Origin: an uncultured Chloroflexia bacterium
Lineage (GTDB): Bacteria > Chloroflexota > Limnocylindria > Limnocylindrales > CSP1-4
Assembly (NCBI GenBank): GCA_963727585.1
Contig: CAVSHH010000008.1
Coordinates: forward strand, 6,134-70,133
Length of the DNA: 64,000 bases
Reading direction: 5' to 3'
In this document: one piece after another, positions 27,545 to 38,151 of the stretch
Layout of the letters: each line of letters opens with the position of its first letter
Position numbering within the stretch: position 1 is the stretch's first letter
The notes under the pieces: model-generated
Told to the model about the DNA's origin: nothing
Seen by the model: the letters and a program-made list of their open reading frames with translations, nothing else
The model's database searches: none
Program-made: the position numbers and the translations under genes

Positions 27545-28864
27545 ATGACGACGATGGAACGACCGGAGTCGACTGCCGAGACGCCGACCGCGCGGCTGCA
27601 GGTCGGCGACAACGAGCTCGTGCTCCCGATCGAGCCCGCCACCGACGGGCAACCTGCGATCAACATCGCGCCGCTGCTCAAGGATGCCCACCTCGTCACG
27701 CTCGACTACGGATACGCGAACACCGCCCCCACCCGGAGCGAGATCACCTACCTCGACGGCGAGAACGGGATCCTGCGCTACCGCGGCTACCCAATCGAGG
27801 AGCTGGCCGAATCCACCACCTTCCTCGAGGTTGCCTACCTGCTGATCCATGGCGAGCTTCCGACGGCGGCGCAGCTCGACGCGTGGGTGGCCGAGATCAA
27901 GCAGCACACCCTCATCCGGGAGGAGTTCCGGCGTTTCTTCGATGCGTTCCCGATGGACGCCCACCCGATGGCCATCCTCGGCTCGGCGGTGAGCGCGCTG
28001 TCCACCTTCTACCAGGACGGCGGGGATCCGCTCGACGAGGACGACGTCGAGCTGTCCACGATCCGCCTGCTGGCGAAGCTGCCCACGATCGCAGCGGCCG
28101 CCTACAAGAAGTCGATCGGGCAGGCCTCCGTGTACCCGGACAACGCGCTCGACTACGAGGCGAACTTCCTCAAGATGATGTTCGCCGTCCCGTCCGAGCC
28201 CTACCTGGGTGATCCCGACGCGGAGCGGGCCCTGCGGATCCTGCTCATCCTGCACGCGGACCACGAGCAGAACTGCTCCACCTCCACGGTGCGCATGGTC
28301 GGGTCCAGCCACGCCAACCTGTACGCCTCGATCTCCGCCGGCATCGCCGCGCTCTGGGGCCCGCTCCACGGCGGCGCCAACCAGGAGGTGCTCGAGATGC
28401 TCGAGGGGATCGCGGCTGACGGCGGCGATGTGAGCCAGGCCGTCGCTCGCGCCAAGGACAAGGCCGACCCGTTCCGGCTGATGGGCTTCGGCCACCGGGT
28501 CTACAAGAACTACGACCCGCGGGCCCGCATCATCAAGTCGGCCGCCGAGCCGTTGCTCCAGCGGATGCACCAGGACGACCACCTGCTCAGGATTGCGCTC
28601 GAGCTGGAGCAGGTCGCCCTCTCGGACCCCTACTTCGTCGACCACAAGCTGTACCCCAACGTGGACTTCTACAGCGGGCTGATCTACCGCGCCCTCGGCT
28701 TCCCCGCCCGGATGTTCACGGTCCTGTTCGCGATGGGCCGGCTGCCGGGCTGGATCGCCCAGTGGCGGGAGATGATGCACGACCCGCAGGCGAGGATCGG
28801 GCGGCCGCGCCAGCTGTACGTGGGCGAGGCGAAGCGCGCCTTCGCCCCGCTCGACCGCCGCTAG
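27545..28864 (+). CDS. gltA: Citrate synthase
   Basis: ITYLDGENGILRYRGYPI, LHADHEQNCST, GPLHGGAN, MGFGHRVYK, YPNVDFYSG. Confidence 0.97.
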   Translation: MTTMERPESTAETPTARLQVGDNELVLPIEPATDGQPAINIAPLLKDAHLVTLDYGYANTAPTRSEITYLDGENGILRYRGYPIEELAESTTFLEVAYLLIHGELPTAAQLDAWVAEIKQHTLIREEFRRFFDAFPMDAHPMAILGSAVSALSTFYQDGGDPLDEDDVELSTIRLLAKLPTIAAAAYKKSIGQASVYPDNALDYEANFLKMMFAVPSEPYLGDPDAERALRILLILHADHEQNCSTSTVRMVGSSHANLYASISAGIAALWGPLHGGANQEVLEMLEGIAADGGDVSQAVARAKDKADPFRLMGFGHRVYKNYDPRARIIKSAAEPLLQRMHQDDHLLRIALELEQVALSDPYFVDHKLYPNVDFYSGLIYRALGFPARMFTVLFAMGRLPGWIAQWREMMHDPQARIGRPRQLYVGEAKRAFAPLDRR

Positions 28865-29010
28865 ACAGGCGCGGGACCGGCTCCTTCCCGGCGCGCCGAG
28901 GCACCGGATTCCGCCCGACAGCGGGAGTCGTGGACCGCGGACTCGGTACTGTTAGCGCGCGCCCCGCGGTACATAGGTCCTGTCGTCCGCATCCAGCAAC
29001 GAGGTCACCC

Positions 29011-29946
29011 GTGAAGCTGCGCAAGCCGAAGAAGTCAGACGGGCGAGGGGCCCGGGACGCCGCTCGCAAGGCGACGAAGGCATCGGCGTCGAACGGGTCG
29101 TCGCCCAACGGGTCCGCCGCGAACACGGCCGAGATTTCCATGCGCGACGAGGTGGAGGCCGTCGAGGCGATGTACCAGGCGGCCCTCATCCGGACTGAGG
29201 CGGCCGAGGCGCGGGAGCAGGCGCTCGCAAGGCAGGCCGCCGCCGTCGACGAGCTGGAACGCACGATCGCCAGGCGAATCGACGCGCTCGAGATCCGCGA
29301 GGGTGCAGCGGCCGGACGTGACGTCGTGGCCAACGACCGCGACCAGGCCGCTGTCGAGCGCGACCGGATCGCCAACGACCGCGATCGGATGCTCGCGGAG
29401 CGCGACACGGCCATGCGCGCGATGCGGGCCGAGGAGGCGGAGAGCTCGGACGGCGAGCACGAGATCGAGCTGGCGGACCTCGAGGCCCGGCTCCACCGGG
29501 CCCACCTCGACGCGCTCACGGGTGTGTTCCGACGCGAGATGGGCCGCCTCGCGCTGCGCAACGAGATCGAACGGGCGCGGCGCGGCGACGGGCGGTTCGT
29601 GATCGCCTTCATCGATGTCGACGGACTCAAGGGCGTCAACGACCGTGACGGTCACGCGGCGGGCGACCGGGTCCTGCGGATGCTTGCCGCCACCATGCGG
29701 ACCAACCTCCGCTCGTACGACCCGATCGTCCAATTCGGGGGCGACGAGTTCGTGTGCGGGATCGCGTCCATTGATGTGCCCGAGGTCCAGCACCGGATCG
29801 GGGTCATCGACCAGTCGCTGCGCAATGCGACCGGCGTGGGGATCACGGCGGGCCTCGCGACCCTGTCCGACGACGAGAGCCTGGACGACCTCACGTCCCG
29901 GGCCGACGAGGCCCTGCTGGAGGCCAAGCGCAGCCGCGACGGCTAG
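29011..29946 (+). CDS. Diguanylate cyclase (GGDEF) with coiled-coil N-terminus
   Basis: DALTG, DVDGLKGVND..GHAAGD, RSYD I-site, FGGDEF. Confidence 0.9.
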   Translation: MKLRKPKKSDGRGARDAARKATKASASNGSSPNGSAANTAEISMRDEVEAVEAMYQAALIRTEAAEAREQALARQAAAVDELERTIARRIDALEIREGAAAGRDVVANDRDQAAVERDRIANDRDRMLAERDTAMRAMRAEEAESSDGEHEIELADLEARLHRAHLDALTGVFRREMGRLALRNEIERARRGDGRFVIAFIDVDGLKGVNDRDGHAAGDRVLRMLAATMRTNLRSYDPIVQFGGDEFVCGIASIDVPEVQHRIGVIDQSLRNATGVGITAGLATLSDDESLDDLTSRADEALLEAKRSRDG

Positions 29947-31582
29947 CCGCTCCTGCCGCTCCTGCCGCTCCATCGTCCCAGCGTTCGTCTGTGGCCGCCA
30001 GCACGCCCGGCAGCGACTCGCGGGCCAGCTTTCCGACCGAGCTCCGCGGCAGGCGATCCACGAGTCGGACGACGACAAGATGCTGGTGGGGCGCAAGGCG
30101 CCTGGCGGCGAGCGCCCGGATGTCGTCGATGGACGGCGACGGCGCGCCCGGAGCGGGGACGACCAGCGCCGCGGGCAGCGTGGCGCCGTCGATCACGATG
30201 GGAAGCACGGCGACGTCGGCCACGGCCGGATGCTCGGCCAGGACGCGCTCGACATCGCCCGGAAAGACCGTGTGCCCGTCGACGACGAACGCGGCGGAGA
30301 CCCGGTCCACGATCCAGGTGTCGCCGTCGGCATCGACGCGCGCCGCATCGCCGGTCCGCAGCCAGCCATCGCCGGAGAGCACCCGTACTGTGGCGGCCGG
30401 CCGCCGCCAGTAGCCGGCCATGACGTTCGGTCCACGCACGAGCAGCTCGCCGGTTGCGCCGGCGGGGACCGTGTTCCCGTCCCGGTCGGCGATCCGAACC
30501 TCGACGAGCACCGGCGGCCGCCCGGCCGATCCCGGCTTCTCCATCGCTCGCCTGGGGTCGAGAACGAGCACGACCGGGGCCGCCTCGGACAGCCCGTAGC
30601 CCTGGACCAGGGGGACTCCGCGGTCGTGGAACGTCCGGATCAGGCGTTCCGGGACCGGCGCCCCGCCGGTCAGCACCAGCCGGATCGGGGACAGGTCGGC
30701 GACCGGCCACCGGCCGGCTGCGACCAGCGCCGCGAGCAGGTCGGGGTTGCCGAAGCCGACCGTCACCCGGTGATCCTCCATGAGGCGCAGGATCTCGTCT
30801 CCACCGGAGGTCTCCGGGACGACCACGGCGCCGCCGAGGAACAGCACCGGCAGCACGTTGACTCCCGTGCCGCCGACGCGGAAGAAGGGGGCGATCGCGA
30901 TGGTGACGTCGTCCGGCCGGAAGTCGACGATCGACAGGAGATTGACAACGTTCCAGGTCAGGTTGCCGTGGGTCAGCATCACGCCCTTGGGCCGGCTGGT
31001 GGTACCGGACGTGTGGGGCAGCAGGACAACCTCGTCGATGCCGACCGCGAGCTCGGGCGCGTCATCCGGGGAGGCGGCGATCAGCTCCTCCAGGTCGATC
31101 CCGGTCGCGGGCGCCGTCCCGGTCGGAGGCGCCGTCCCGGCCGGCCCAAGCCCCCCGCCCTGCCCAGGCGTCCCGGCCGGCCCACGGGTGCCGGTCACCA
31201 GCTCCTCGCGGACGGACGCGGGGGCCGGCGTCGGGGGCACCGCCCGGTGCCGGATCACCACGGCTGGTTCGATGTCGGCCAGGATCCAGGCGCGATCAGC
31301 CTCCTCGAGCCGGTGGTTGACAGGCGCGAGGATGGCACCGATGCGGGCGACGCCGAACAGGGTTTCGAGAAAGGCGGGGTGGTTCGGTCCGAGCCAGGCA
31401 ACCCGGTCGCCGGGCTGGACGCCGAGCCGAACCAGGCCGGTTGCCAGGCGGCGGATCCGCGCCGCCAGGTGCTCGTAGCTGCGGGTCTCCGAGCCCCAGA
31501 TCATGGCCGGCCGCTCGGGCGCGATCCGGGCTCGCCGGTCGACCCAGGAGCCGATGCCCATGTCGGCCTGTCCGCTCCTCAT
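29891..31582 (-). CDS. AMP-binding acyl-CoA synthetase (MenE/FadD-like)
   Basis: HTSGTTSRPKG, QGYGLSE, GPNVMAGYW, WLRTGD, GKL. Confidence 0.9.
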   Translation of the reverse strand: MRSGQADMGIGSWVDRRARIAPERPAMIWGSETRSYEHLAARIRRLATGLVRLGVQPGDRVAWLGPNHPAFLETLFGVARIGAILAPVNHRLEEADRAWILADIEPAVVIRHRAVPPTPAPASVREELVTGTRGPAGTPGQGGGLGPAGTAPPTGTAPATGIDLEELIAASPDDAPELAVGIDEVVLLPHTSGTTSRPKGVMLTHGNLTWNVVNLLSIVDFRPDDVTIAIAPFFRVGGTGVNVLPVLFLGGAVVVPETSGGDEILRLMEDHRVTVGFGNPDLLAALVAAGRWPVADLSPIRLVLTGGAPVPERLIRTFHDRGVPLVQGYGLSEAAPVVLVLDPRRAMEKPGSAGRPPVLVEVRIADRDGNTVPAGATGELLVRGPNVMAGYWRRPAATVRVLSGDGWLRTGDAARVDADGDTWIVDRVSAAFVVDGHTVFPGDVERVLAEHPAVADVAVLPIVIDGATLPAALVVPAPGAPSPSIDDIRALAARRLAPHQHLVVVRLVDRLPRSSVGKLARESLPGVLAATDERWDDGAAGAAGAASRRGCAWPPAGPRRPGT

Positions 31583-31681
31583 GCGAGAACCATTGCAGAT
31601 CGGGCGAGCCACGACGAGCCCCAAAGTTGGTGACGGTGGCCTGGGGATCGGCGGCGGAGCACGACCCACCCGGATGCCCGG

Positions 31682-33136
31682 TCACCGCGGCAGCTCGGCC
31701 GGCGCCGATCGTCCAGTCCCGGTCGACGAGTCCTGGACGCCGGCCTCGACCTCGGCCGCGGTCGTGCTGGCCGCCGCCGTGGACGTCGCGGCGCCCGCCG
31801 AGGCCACGGCGCCGACGACCGTGATCACCGGGTCCCGCCCAGCTGCCTCCTCCGCCACCTCCAGCGCGTCCACCCTTGATCGGCCGCGATCGACCACCAG
31901 GATCAGCGCCAGGCCGGCGACGGCCAGAGCCCCGAACGCGAACAGGCCGGCCCGGATCCCGGCCACCTCGGCGATCGCGCCCAGGAGGATGGCGCCGATG
32001 GGCGTCGTGCCACCCATCAGCAGCACCATCAGGCTCAGCACGCGGCCGCGGTAGGCATCGGGCGTCAGGAGCTGCAGGCGCGTGTTGGCGGTGACGGTGG
32101 CGGTGATCCCGCACACGCCGGCGACGACCATCAGCGCGAGGCTCACCCCGTACCAGGTCGACAGCCCCAGCATGATGATCACCGTTCCCAGGCCGAGCCC
32201 ACCGATCGCCAGCCGGCGCTCGGTCGGGAGCCCGCCCCGCACCAGGAACACACCGGCCACCAGCGAGCCCGCGCCGAAGCCGGACATCAGCGCGCCGAAC
32301 CCCGTCGGGCCTGCGCCCAGGTCGACGGCGAGCAGCGGCAGCGCGACGCTCCAGTTGAAGGCGAGCAGACCGACGATCCCGATCAGGGCCAGCGTGGTGC
32401 GGATCGGCGGTGTCCCGAGCGCGAACCGGATCCCGTCCCCCACCTGGGCGAGCACCCGCGCCGGCCCTCCTTTCGGGAGGCCGGCGTGGCTCCGGGCGAC
32501 AAGCGGGAGGGTGGCCAGGACGACGATCGCCGGCAGATAGCTCAGGGCGTTGAGGAACAGGGTGGGGGCAATTCCCAGGATCGCGACGGTGAGGCCGCCC
32601 ACGGCCCCGCCGGCCAGGCGGGCCACGTTGAACTGAATGCTGTTGAGGGCAACGGCGCTGCCCACCAGCTCGCGTCCCACGATCTCGGGCACCAGCGCCT
32701 GCTGGGCGGGATGGCCGAAGGCGTTGGTCATGCCCAGCACGAACGCGAGCACCGCCACGTGCCACACCTCGACCATGCCGGTGGCCACCAGGAGACCCAG
32801 GACGACAGCCTGGATCATGGCCACCGACTGCGTGCTGATCAGCAGCCTTCGCCGGGGGAGGCGGTCCGCGATCACACCGCCGAACAGGGGGAAGGCGAGC
32901 ATCGGCAGGAACTGGAGCATGGTGATCGTGCCCAGCGCGACGGGTGATCCGGTCAGCTGGAGGACCAGCCACGACTGCGCGATGCCCTGCGCCCAGGTCC
33001 CGGTTCCGGACACGAGCTGGCTCGACCAGTACCGCCGGTAGGCGGGAACGGCGAGGGCGCCGGGGGCGCCCCGGGGACGATGTCCCACGGCGCCTCCCGG
33101 CCGTTCCGACCGGGCATCCGCGCGGCCCCCAGGCAT
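31682..33136 (-). CDS. MFS transporter
   Basis: 12 TM, GGVIADRLPRRR motif A, YRGRV; start after TATCGT-N6. Confidence 0.9.
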   Translation of the reverse strand: MPGGRADARSERPGGAVGHRPRGAPGALAVPAYRRYWSSQLVSGTGTWAQGIAQSWLVLQLTGSPVALGTITMLQFLPMLAFPLFGGVIADRLPRRRLLISTQSVAMIQAVVLGLLVATGMVEVWHVAVLAFVLGMTNAFGHPAQQALVPEIVGRELVGSAVALNSIQFNVARLAGGAVGGLTVAILGIAPTLFLNALSYLPAIVVLATLPLVARSHAGLPKGGPARVLAQVGDGIRFALGTPPIRTTLALIGIVGLLAFNWSVALPLLAVDLGAGPTGFGALMSGFGAGSLVAGVFLVRGGLPTERRLAIGGLGLGTVIIMLGLSTWYGVSLALMVVAGVCGITATVTANTRLQLLTPDAYRGRVLSLMVLLMGGTTPIGAILLGAIAEVAGIRAGLFAFGALAVAGLALILVVDRGRSRVDALEVAEEAAGRDPVITVVGAVASAGAATSTAAASTTAAEVEAGVQDSSTGTGRSAPAELPR

Positions 33137-33278
33137 GGCGACACGATACCGGATCGCAGGCTGCGCCCACCCGCGCCGCCCGGTTCCGACGGAACGGGCG
33201 CGGATGCGATACGGCTGTATCGAGGGTGCCCGAGGTCCCACCCACCGCTGGCGCCCTGCCGCGCTCAACATTGGTTCC

Positions 33279-34571
33279 ATGTCCATGCCGTCCGCGTCGC
33301 CCACGTCGATTCTCGTCCCGAACCCGGCCCGCATGCGACCCTCACCACCGGTCCCGGCGCGCCCGCTGGCAGCGCGATCGGCGGCCGCGGCGGCCGCGGC
33401 CGCCGTTCCCGGGGCCCACTCGCGGCCCGCTCCCGGAGGGCGGGAACGCCCGGGCACCCACGACGGCTCCGGCGGCCCGGCGATCGACGACCTCCGGGTC
33501 ACCGCGTATCGCGTTCCCACCGACGCGCCCGAGTCCGACGGAACCCTCGAGTGGAACGCCACCACGCTCGTCGTCGTGGAACCCGCGGCGGGCGGCGTGC
33601 GCGGTATCGGCTATACCTACGCCGACCTCGCGGCAGCCCGCCTTGTCGATCGCCTGCTGGCTCCTATCGTCCGCGGCAGCGATGCCTGGGCCACCAGGCA
33701 GACGTGGCTCGCGATGGTGGCTGCCGTCCGGAACGTGGGCCGCCCGGGGGTCGCCGCGACGGCGATCTCCGCCGTGGACAATGCGCTGTGGGACCTCAAG
33801 GCGAGGCTGCTCGGTCTCTCCCTGGCCGACCTGCTCGGTCGCTCCCGGGATCGGGTCACCGCCTACGGCTCCGGCGGCTTCACGAGCTACGACGATGACC
33901 AGCTGGCAAGCCAGCTCGGGGGCTGGGCCGACGAGGGGTTCGGGGCCGTCAAGCTCAAGGTCGGCCGGGACCCGGCGGCCGATCCGCACCGGCTCGAGGT
34001 CGCGCGGTCGGCCATCGGCGCGGACACCGACCTGATGGTCGATGCCAACGGCGCCTTCGATCGGCGGGGTGCCCTTCGCGCAGCCGACCTGTATGCCGCC
34101 CGGGCCGTGACCTGGCTCGAGGAACCGGTGAGCTCGGACGACACGGAGGGCCTGCGGTTCGTGCGGGACCACGTGGCCCACGGGTTGTCCGTGGCTGCCG
34201 GTGAGTACGCCTGGGGTCCGGACGGGGCGAGACGGCTGATCGAGGCGAGCGCCGTCGACGTCCTCCAGCTCGACGCGACCCGCTGCCTGGGGGTGACCGG
34301 GTTCATGGCCGCCTCCGCCGCGGCCGAGGCGTGGCACGTTCCCGTCTCGGCGCACTGCGCCCCCTCGCTGCACACCCACCTGGTGGCGGCCACTCCGGCC
34401 GGGGTCAATCTCGAGTGGTTCCACGACCACGTGCGGATCGAGCAGTGGCTGTTCGACGGAGCCGCGCACGCGTCCGGTGGCGAGGTCGCGCCCGATCCGG
34501 CGAGACCGGGGCTGGGCCTGTCGCTGCGACACGACGAGGCGGCGCCGTTCCAGACCTGGGCGTCGGCGTGA
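33279..34571 (+). CDS. Mandelate racemase/enolase superfamily enzyme (start uncertain)
   Basis: PESDGT, AVDNALWDLKAR, KLK, MVDANG, EEP, GEY, AHC, EWFHDH. Confidence 0.9.
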   Translation: MSMPSASPTSILVPNPARMRPSPPVPARPLAARSAAAAAAAAVPGAHSRPAPGGRERPGTHDGSGGPAIDDLRVTAYRVPTDAPESDGTLEWNATTLVVVEPAAGGVRGIGYTYADLAAARLVDRLLAPIVRGSDAWATRQTWLAMVAAVRNVGRPGVAATAISAVDNALWDLKARLLGLSLADLLGRSRDRVTAYGSGGFTSYDDDQLASQLGGWADEGFGAVKLKVGRDPAADPHRLEVARSAIGADTDLMVDANGAFDRRGALRAADLYAARAVTWLEEPVSSDDTEGLRFVRDHVAHGLSVAAGEYAWGPDGARRLIEASAVDVLQLDATRCLGVTGFMAASAAAEAWHVPVSAHCAPSLHTHLVAATPAGVNLEWFHDHVRIEQWLFDGAAHASGGEVAPDPARPGLGLSLRHDEAAPFQTWASA

Positions 34572-37500
34572 CGGCGCCGGCCAGGGGGCGCCAGCCGTGG
34601 CAGGCGCCGTTCGTCGATGTCCAGCCCAAGGCCACGACGCCAGACGACCTCCCGGGTCCGGCAGCCCGGCTGGCGGTGGACCTCATCAATGCCGTCCGCG
34701 GCGAGGTGCGGTTCGACGACGGCAGCCGCGCCCTGTACGCCACGGACGCCTCCAACTACCGCCAGGTCCCGATCGGCGTCGTGGTCCCCCGCGGTCCCGA
34801 GGACGTCGTCGCGACCGTGGAGATCTGCCGCTCCCACCAGGCGCCGATCGTGTCGCGCGGCGGCGGGACCAGCCTGGCCGGCCAGGCGTGCAACGCCGCG
34901 GTCGTGATCGACCACTCCAAGTTCCACAACCGGCTGCTGGAGCTGGACCCGGAGCGTCGCATCGCGCGCGTCCAGCCCGGGATCGTGCTCGATGAGCTGC
35001 GCGATGCCGCCGAGGCGCACCAGCTGACCTTCGGCCCCGACCCCGCGACGCACAACCACTGCACGCTGGGCGGAATGCTGGGCAACAACAGTTGCGGCGT
35101 TCACTCGGTGATGGCCGGGCGAACGGTCGACAACGTCGTCGGGCTCGACGTCCTGGCCTACGACGGCACGCGGCTCAAGGTGGGTCCGGTCGACGATGAC
35201 GAACTGGCCCGGCTGGCGGCCCGCGACGATCGCATCGGCGAGCTGTACCGTGGCATGCGCCGGATCCGCGACGAGCACGCCGACGAGATCCGCCGCCGCT
35301 ACCCGGACATCCCGCGGCGGGTGTCCGGCTACAACCTGGACCAGCTCCTGCCGGAGCACGGCTTCGACGTGTCACGCGCGCTGGTCGGCTCCGAGGGCAC
35401 CCTGGTCACCATCCTCGAGGCGTCGCTGCGGCTCGTGCCCAGCCCCCAGGGCCGCTCCCTCGTGGTCGTCGGCTACCCGGACGTGTTCGCGGCGGCCGAC
35501 GACGTCCCGGCCGTGATGGCGTCCGGCCCCATCGCCTGCGAGGGCATCGACGACCGGCTGGTCGGCGACGAGCGGTCGCGCGGCCTCCACCCCGGCGCGC
35601 TCAAGCTGCTGCCGGAGGGATCCGGCTTCCTGCTGGTGGAGTTCGGGGGCCAGGACCGGTCGGAGGCGGACGAGCATGCTCATGCGTTCATCGGCGCGCT
35701 CAGGAAGCGGCGCCCGGACGCCCGGGCCCGCATGTACGACGACCGCTCCGAGGAGGAGCAGCTGTGGAGCGTGCGGGAATCGGGGCTGGGGGCGACGGCG
35801 ATGGTGCCATCCAAGCCGGCGACCGAACCGGGCTGGGAGGACTCGGCGGTGCCGCCGGACCGCCTCGGCGACTACCTGCGGCGGCTACAGGGCCTGTGGA
35901 CCCGGTACGGCTACGGCGCCGACATGTACGGGCACTTCGGGCAGGGGGTGCTCCATTGCCGGATCGACTTCGATCTCCGTTCGGCCGACGGGATCGCCAC
36001 CTTCCGGCGCTATCTCGACGATGCCGCCGACCTGGTGGTGGACATGGGTGGCTCGCTGTCGGGCGAGCACGGTGACGGCCAGGCGCGTGCTGAGCTGCTG
36101 CCCCGGATGTTCGGCACCGACCTGGTCGGGGCATTCGAAGCCTTCAAGGACCTGTGGGATCCCGACGGACGGATGAACCCGGGCAAGGTCGTCCGCCCGA
36201 ACCCGATTACCGCGGACCTTCGCCTGGGCACGGACTACCGGCCGCCGAACCCGAACACCTTCTTCCGCTTCCCCGAGGACAACGGGACGTTCGCCCACGC
36301 CGCCCTGCGCTGCGTCGGGGTGGGCAAGTGCCGTCGTCACGAGGGGGAGGGCGTGATGTGCCCCAGCTACATGGTCACCCGCGAGGAGCAGCACTCGACC
36401 CGTGGGCGGGCCCGGCTGCTGTTCGAGCTGCTCAACGGGCGGGAACTGGAGGGCGGCTGGCGCAACGACGACGTGGCGCAGGCGCTCGACCTGTGCCTGG
36501 CGTGCAAGGGGTGCAAGGCCGACTGCCCGGTCAACGTCGACATGGCAACCTACAAGGCGGAGTTCCGCGCCCACCACTACGCCGGCCGGCTGCGTCCCCG
36601 CGCCGCCTACGCGATGGGCCTGATCCACTGGTGGGCGAAGTTTGCCTCGCTGGCGCCCGGGCTGGTCAACGCTGCCGCCTCCGCCCCCGTCCTGTCCTCG
36701 ATCGCCAAGCTCGTGGGCGGCATCGCCCCGCAGCGCGAGCTCCCCAAGTTCGCGCCGGCCACCTTCCGGGCATCGTGGCAGCGGCAGCGGCAGGACGACC
36801 GGGGGACCGGCCCCGTGGAGCCCGGCGCCGGGGACGGCAGACGCGGCCGCGTGATCCTGTGGGTCGACACCTTCACCGACAACTTCCATCCCCCGGTTGC
36901 CGCTGCCGCGGTGCGTGTCCTGCGCGACGCCGGGTTCGAGGTGGTCGTGCCCGAGAAGCCGCTGTGCTGCGGCCGACCGCTCTATGACTTCGGCTTCCTG
37001 GGCCAGGCCCGCGCCCTGCTGAACCATGTCCTGCGCGACCTGCGCGACGACATCCGATCGGGAGTCCCGATCGTCGGGCTGGAGCCGTCGTGTGTATCGG
37101 TCTTCCGCGACGAGGCACCCAACCTGCTGCACGGCAACCAGGACGCAGTCCGACTCGCCCGCCAGACCCACACCCTGACCGAGTTCCTCGCAGGGCTCGA
37201 CGGCTATCGTCCGCCGCACCGCTCCGGCCGAGCGCTGGTGCACGGCCACTGCCATCACCGGTCGGTGCTGGACTTCGACTCCGAGCTCGCCGTGCTGCGC
37301 GCCTCGGGCCTCGAGGTCGAGGTTCCCGAGAGCGGCTGCTGCGGCATGGCGGGGTCGTTCGGCTTCGAGCGCGGCGACCACTACGACGTGTCGGTGGCTG
37401 CCGGCGAACGCGTCCTGCTGCCGGCCGTGCGCGACGCCGACCCCGACACCCTGATCGTCACCGGCGGGTTCAGCTGCCGGGAGCAGATCCGCCAGGGCAC

Positions 37501-37648
37501 CGACCGCAAGGTGCTCCACCCGGCCGAGGTCCTGGCCGCGGCCCTCGACGCCCGCGAGGACGGCAGCCGCGAGCAGCGGACCGCGATCGGCCGCCCGGAC
37601 ACGGGAGGCAGCGAGCGCGGGCGGCCACGACGGGAGGTCCACGTCTGA
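34568..37648 (+). CDS. FAD-linked oxidase fused to 4Fe-4S and CCG domains (YdiJ / GlcD-GlcF-like)
   Basis: RGGGTSLAGQ, GSEGTL, SGEHGDG, CVGVGKC, CLACKGCKADCP, CCG motifs. Confidence 0.92.
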   Translation: MTAPARGRQPWQAPFVDVQPKATTPDDLPGPAARLAVDLINAVRGEVRFDDGSRALYATDASNYRQVPIGVVVPRGPEDVVATVEICRSHQAPIVSRGGGTSLAGQACNAAVVIDHSKFHNRLLELDPERRIARVQPGIVLDELRDAAEAHQLTFGPDPATHNHCTLGGMLGNNSCGVHSVMAGRTVDNVVGLDVLAYDGTRLKVGPVDDDELARLAARDDRIGELYRGMRRIRDEHADEIRRRYPDIPRRVSGYNLDQLLPEHGFDVSRALVGSEGTLVTILEASLRLVPSPQGRSLVVVGYPDVFAAADDVPAVMASGPIACEGIDDRLVGDERSRGLHPGALKLLPEGSGFLLVEFGGQDRSEADEHAHAFIGALRKRRPDARARMYDDRSEEEQLWSVRESGLGATAMVPSKPATEPGWEDSAVPPDRLGDYLRRLQGLWTRYGYGADMYGHFGQGVLHCRIDFDLRSADGIATFRRYLDDAADLVVDMGGSLSGEHGDGQARAELLPRMFGTDLVGAFEAFKDLWDPDGRMNPGKVVRPNPITADLRLGTDYRPPNPNTFFRFPEDNGTFAHAALRCVGVGKCRRHEGEGVMCPSYMVTREEQHSTRGRARLLFELLNGRELEGGWRNDDVAQALDLCLACKGCKADCPVNVDMATYKAEFRAHHYAGRLRPRAAYAMGLIHWWAKFASLAPGLVNAAASAPVLSSIAKLVGGIAPQRELPKFAPATFRASWQRQRQDDRGTGPVEPGAGDGRRGRVILWVDTFTDNFHPPVAAAAVRVLRDAGFEVVVPEKPLCCGRPLYDFGFLGQARALLNHVLRDLRDDIRSGVPIVGLEPSCVSVFRDEAPNLLHGNQDAVRLARQTHTLTEFLAGLDGYRPPHRSGRALVHGHCHHRSVLDFDSELAVLRASGLEVEVPESGCCGMAGSFGFERGDHYDVSVAAGERVLLPAVRDADPDTLIVTGGFSCREQIRQGTDRKVLHPAEVLAAALDAREDGSREQRTAIGRPDTGGSERGRPRREVHV

Positions 37649-38151
37649 TGCAGACCCATCGAATCGCCTACGGCGACACCCGCACCTACGTCCTGGTGAT
37701 GGACGTGGGGGACGACACGCTGCCCGAGCTGCAACAGTTCGCCCGCGAACAGGCGATCGACGGTGCGCACTTCACCGCGATCGGCGCGTTCTCGCAGGCC
37801 ACGCTCGGCTGGTTCGACCTGGAGCGGCAGGACTATCGCTCCAACGAGGTCACCGACCAGTGCGAGGTGGTCTCGCTGTCGGGTGACATCACCCGGGCCG
37901 ATCCGAGCAGCGAGGAGCGCAAGGTGCACGCCCACGGCGTGGTCGCCCTCTCCGACGGGCGGACCCTGGGCGGTCACCTGCTGCGCGGGCTCGTCCGCCC
38001 CACCCTCGAGGTCATGGTCACCGAGACGCCGGCGGTCCTTCGTCGGCGCCATGATCCGGCGACCGGCCTCGCCCTGATCGATCTCGAGGCCGGCACCCAC
38101 GGGGCGCCGGCCGCCGCGCACGGAGGCAGCCATGGCCAGCACCGCAGCTGA
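37648..38151 (+). CDS. PPC/DUF296 domain protein
   Basis: FTAIGA, EVVSLSGDI, HAHGVV, GGHL, PTLEV. Confidence 0.88.
   Translation: MQTHRIAYGDTRTYVLVMDVGDDTLPELQQFAREQAIDGAHFTAIGAFSQATLGWFDLERQDYRSNEVTDQCEVVSLSGDITRADPSSEERKVHAHGVVALSDGRTLGGHLLRGLVRPTLEVMVTETPAVLRRRHDPATGLALIDLEAGTHGAPAAAHGGSHGQHRS

Noticed and set aside
29615-31633. 672-aa plus-strand ORF (likewise 38018-39952 -, 18951-20924 +, 12645-14789 +, 24075-25934 +)
   Set aside because: Shadow or alternate-frame ORFs overlapping well-supported genes; Arg/Pro/Gly-rich and not protein-like.
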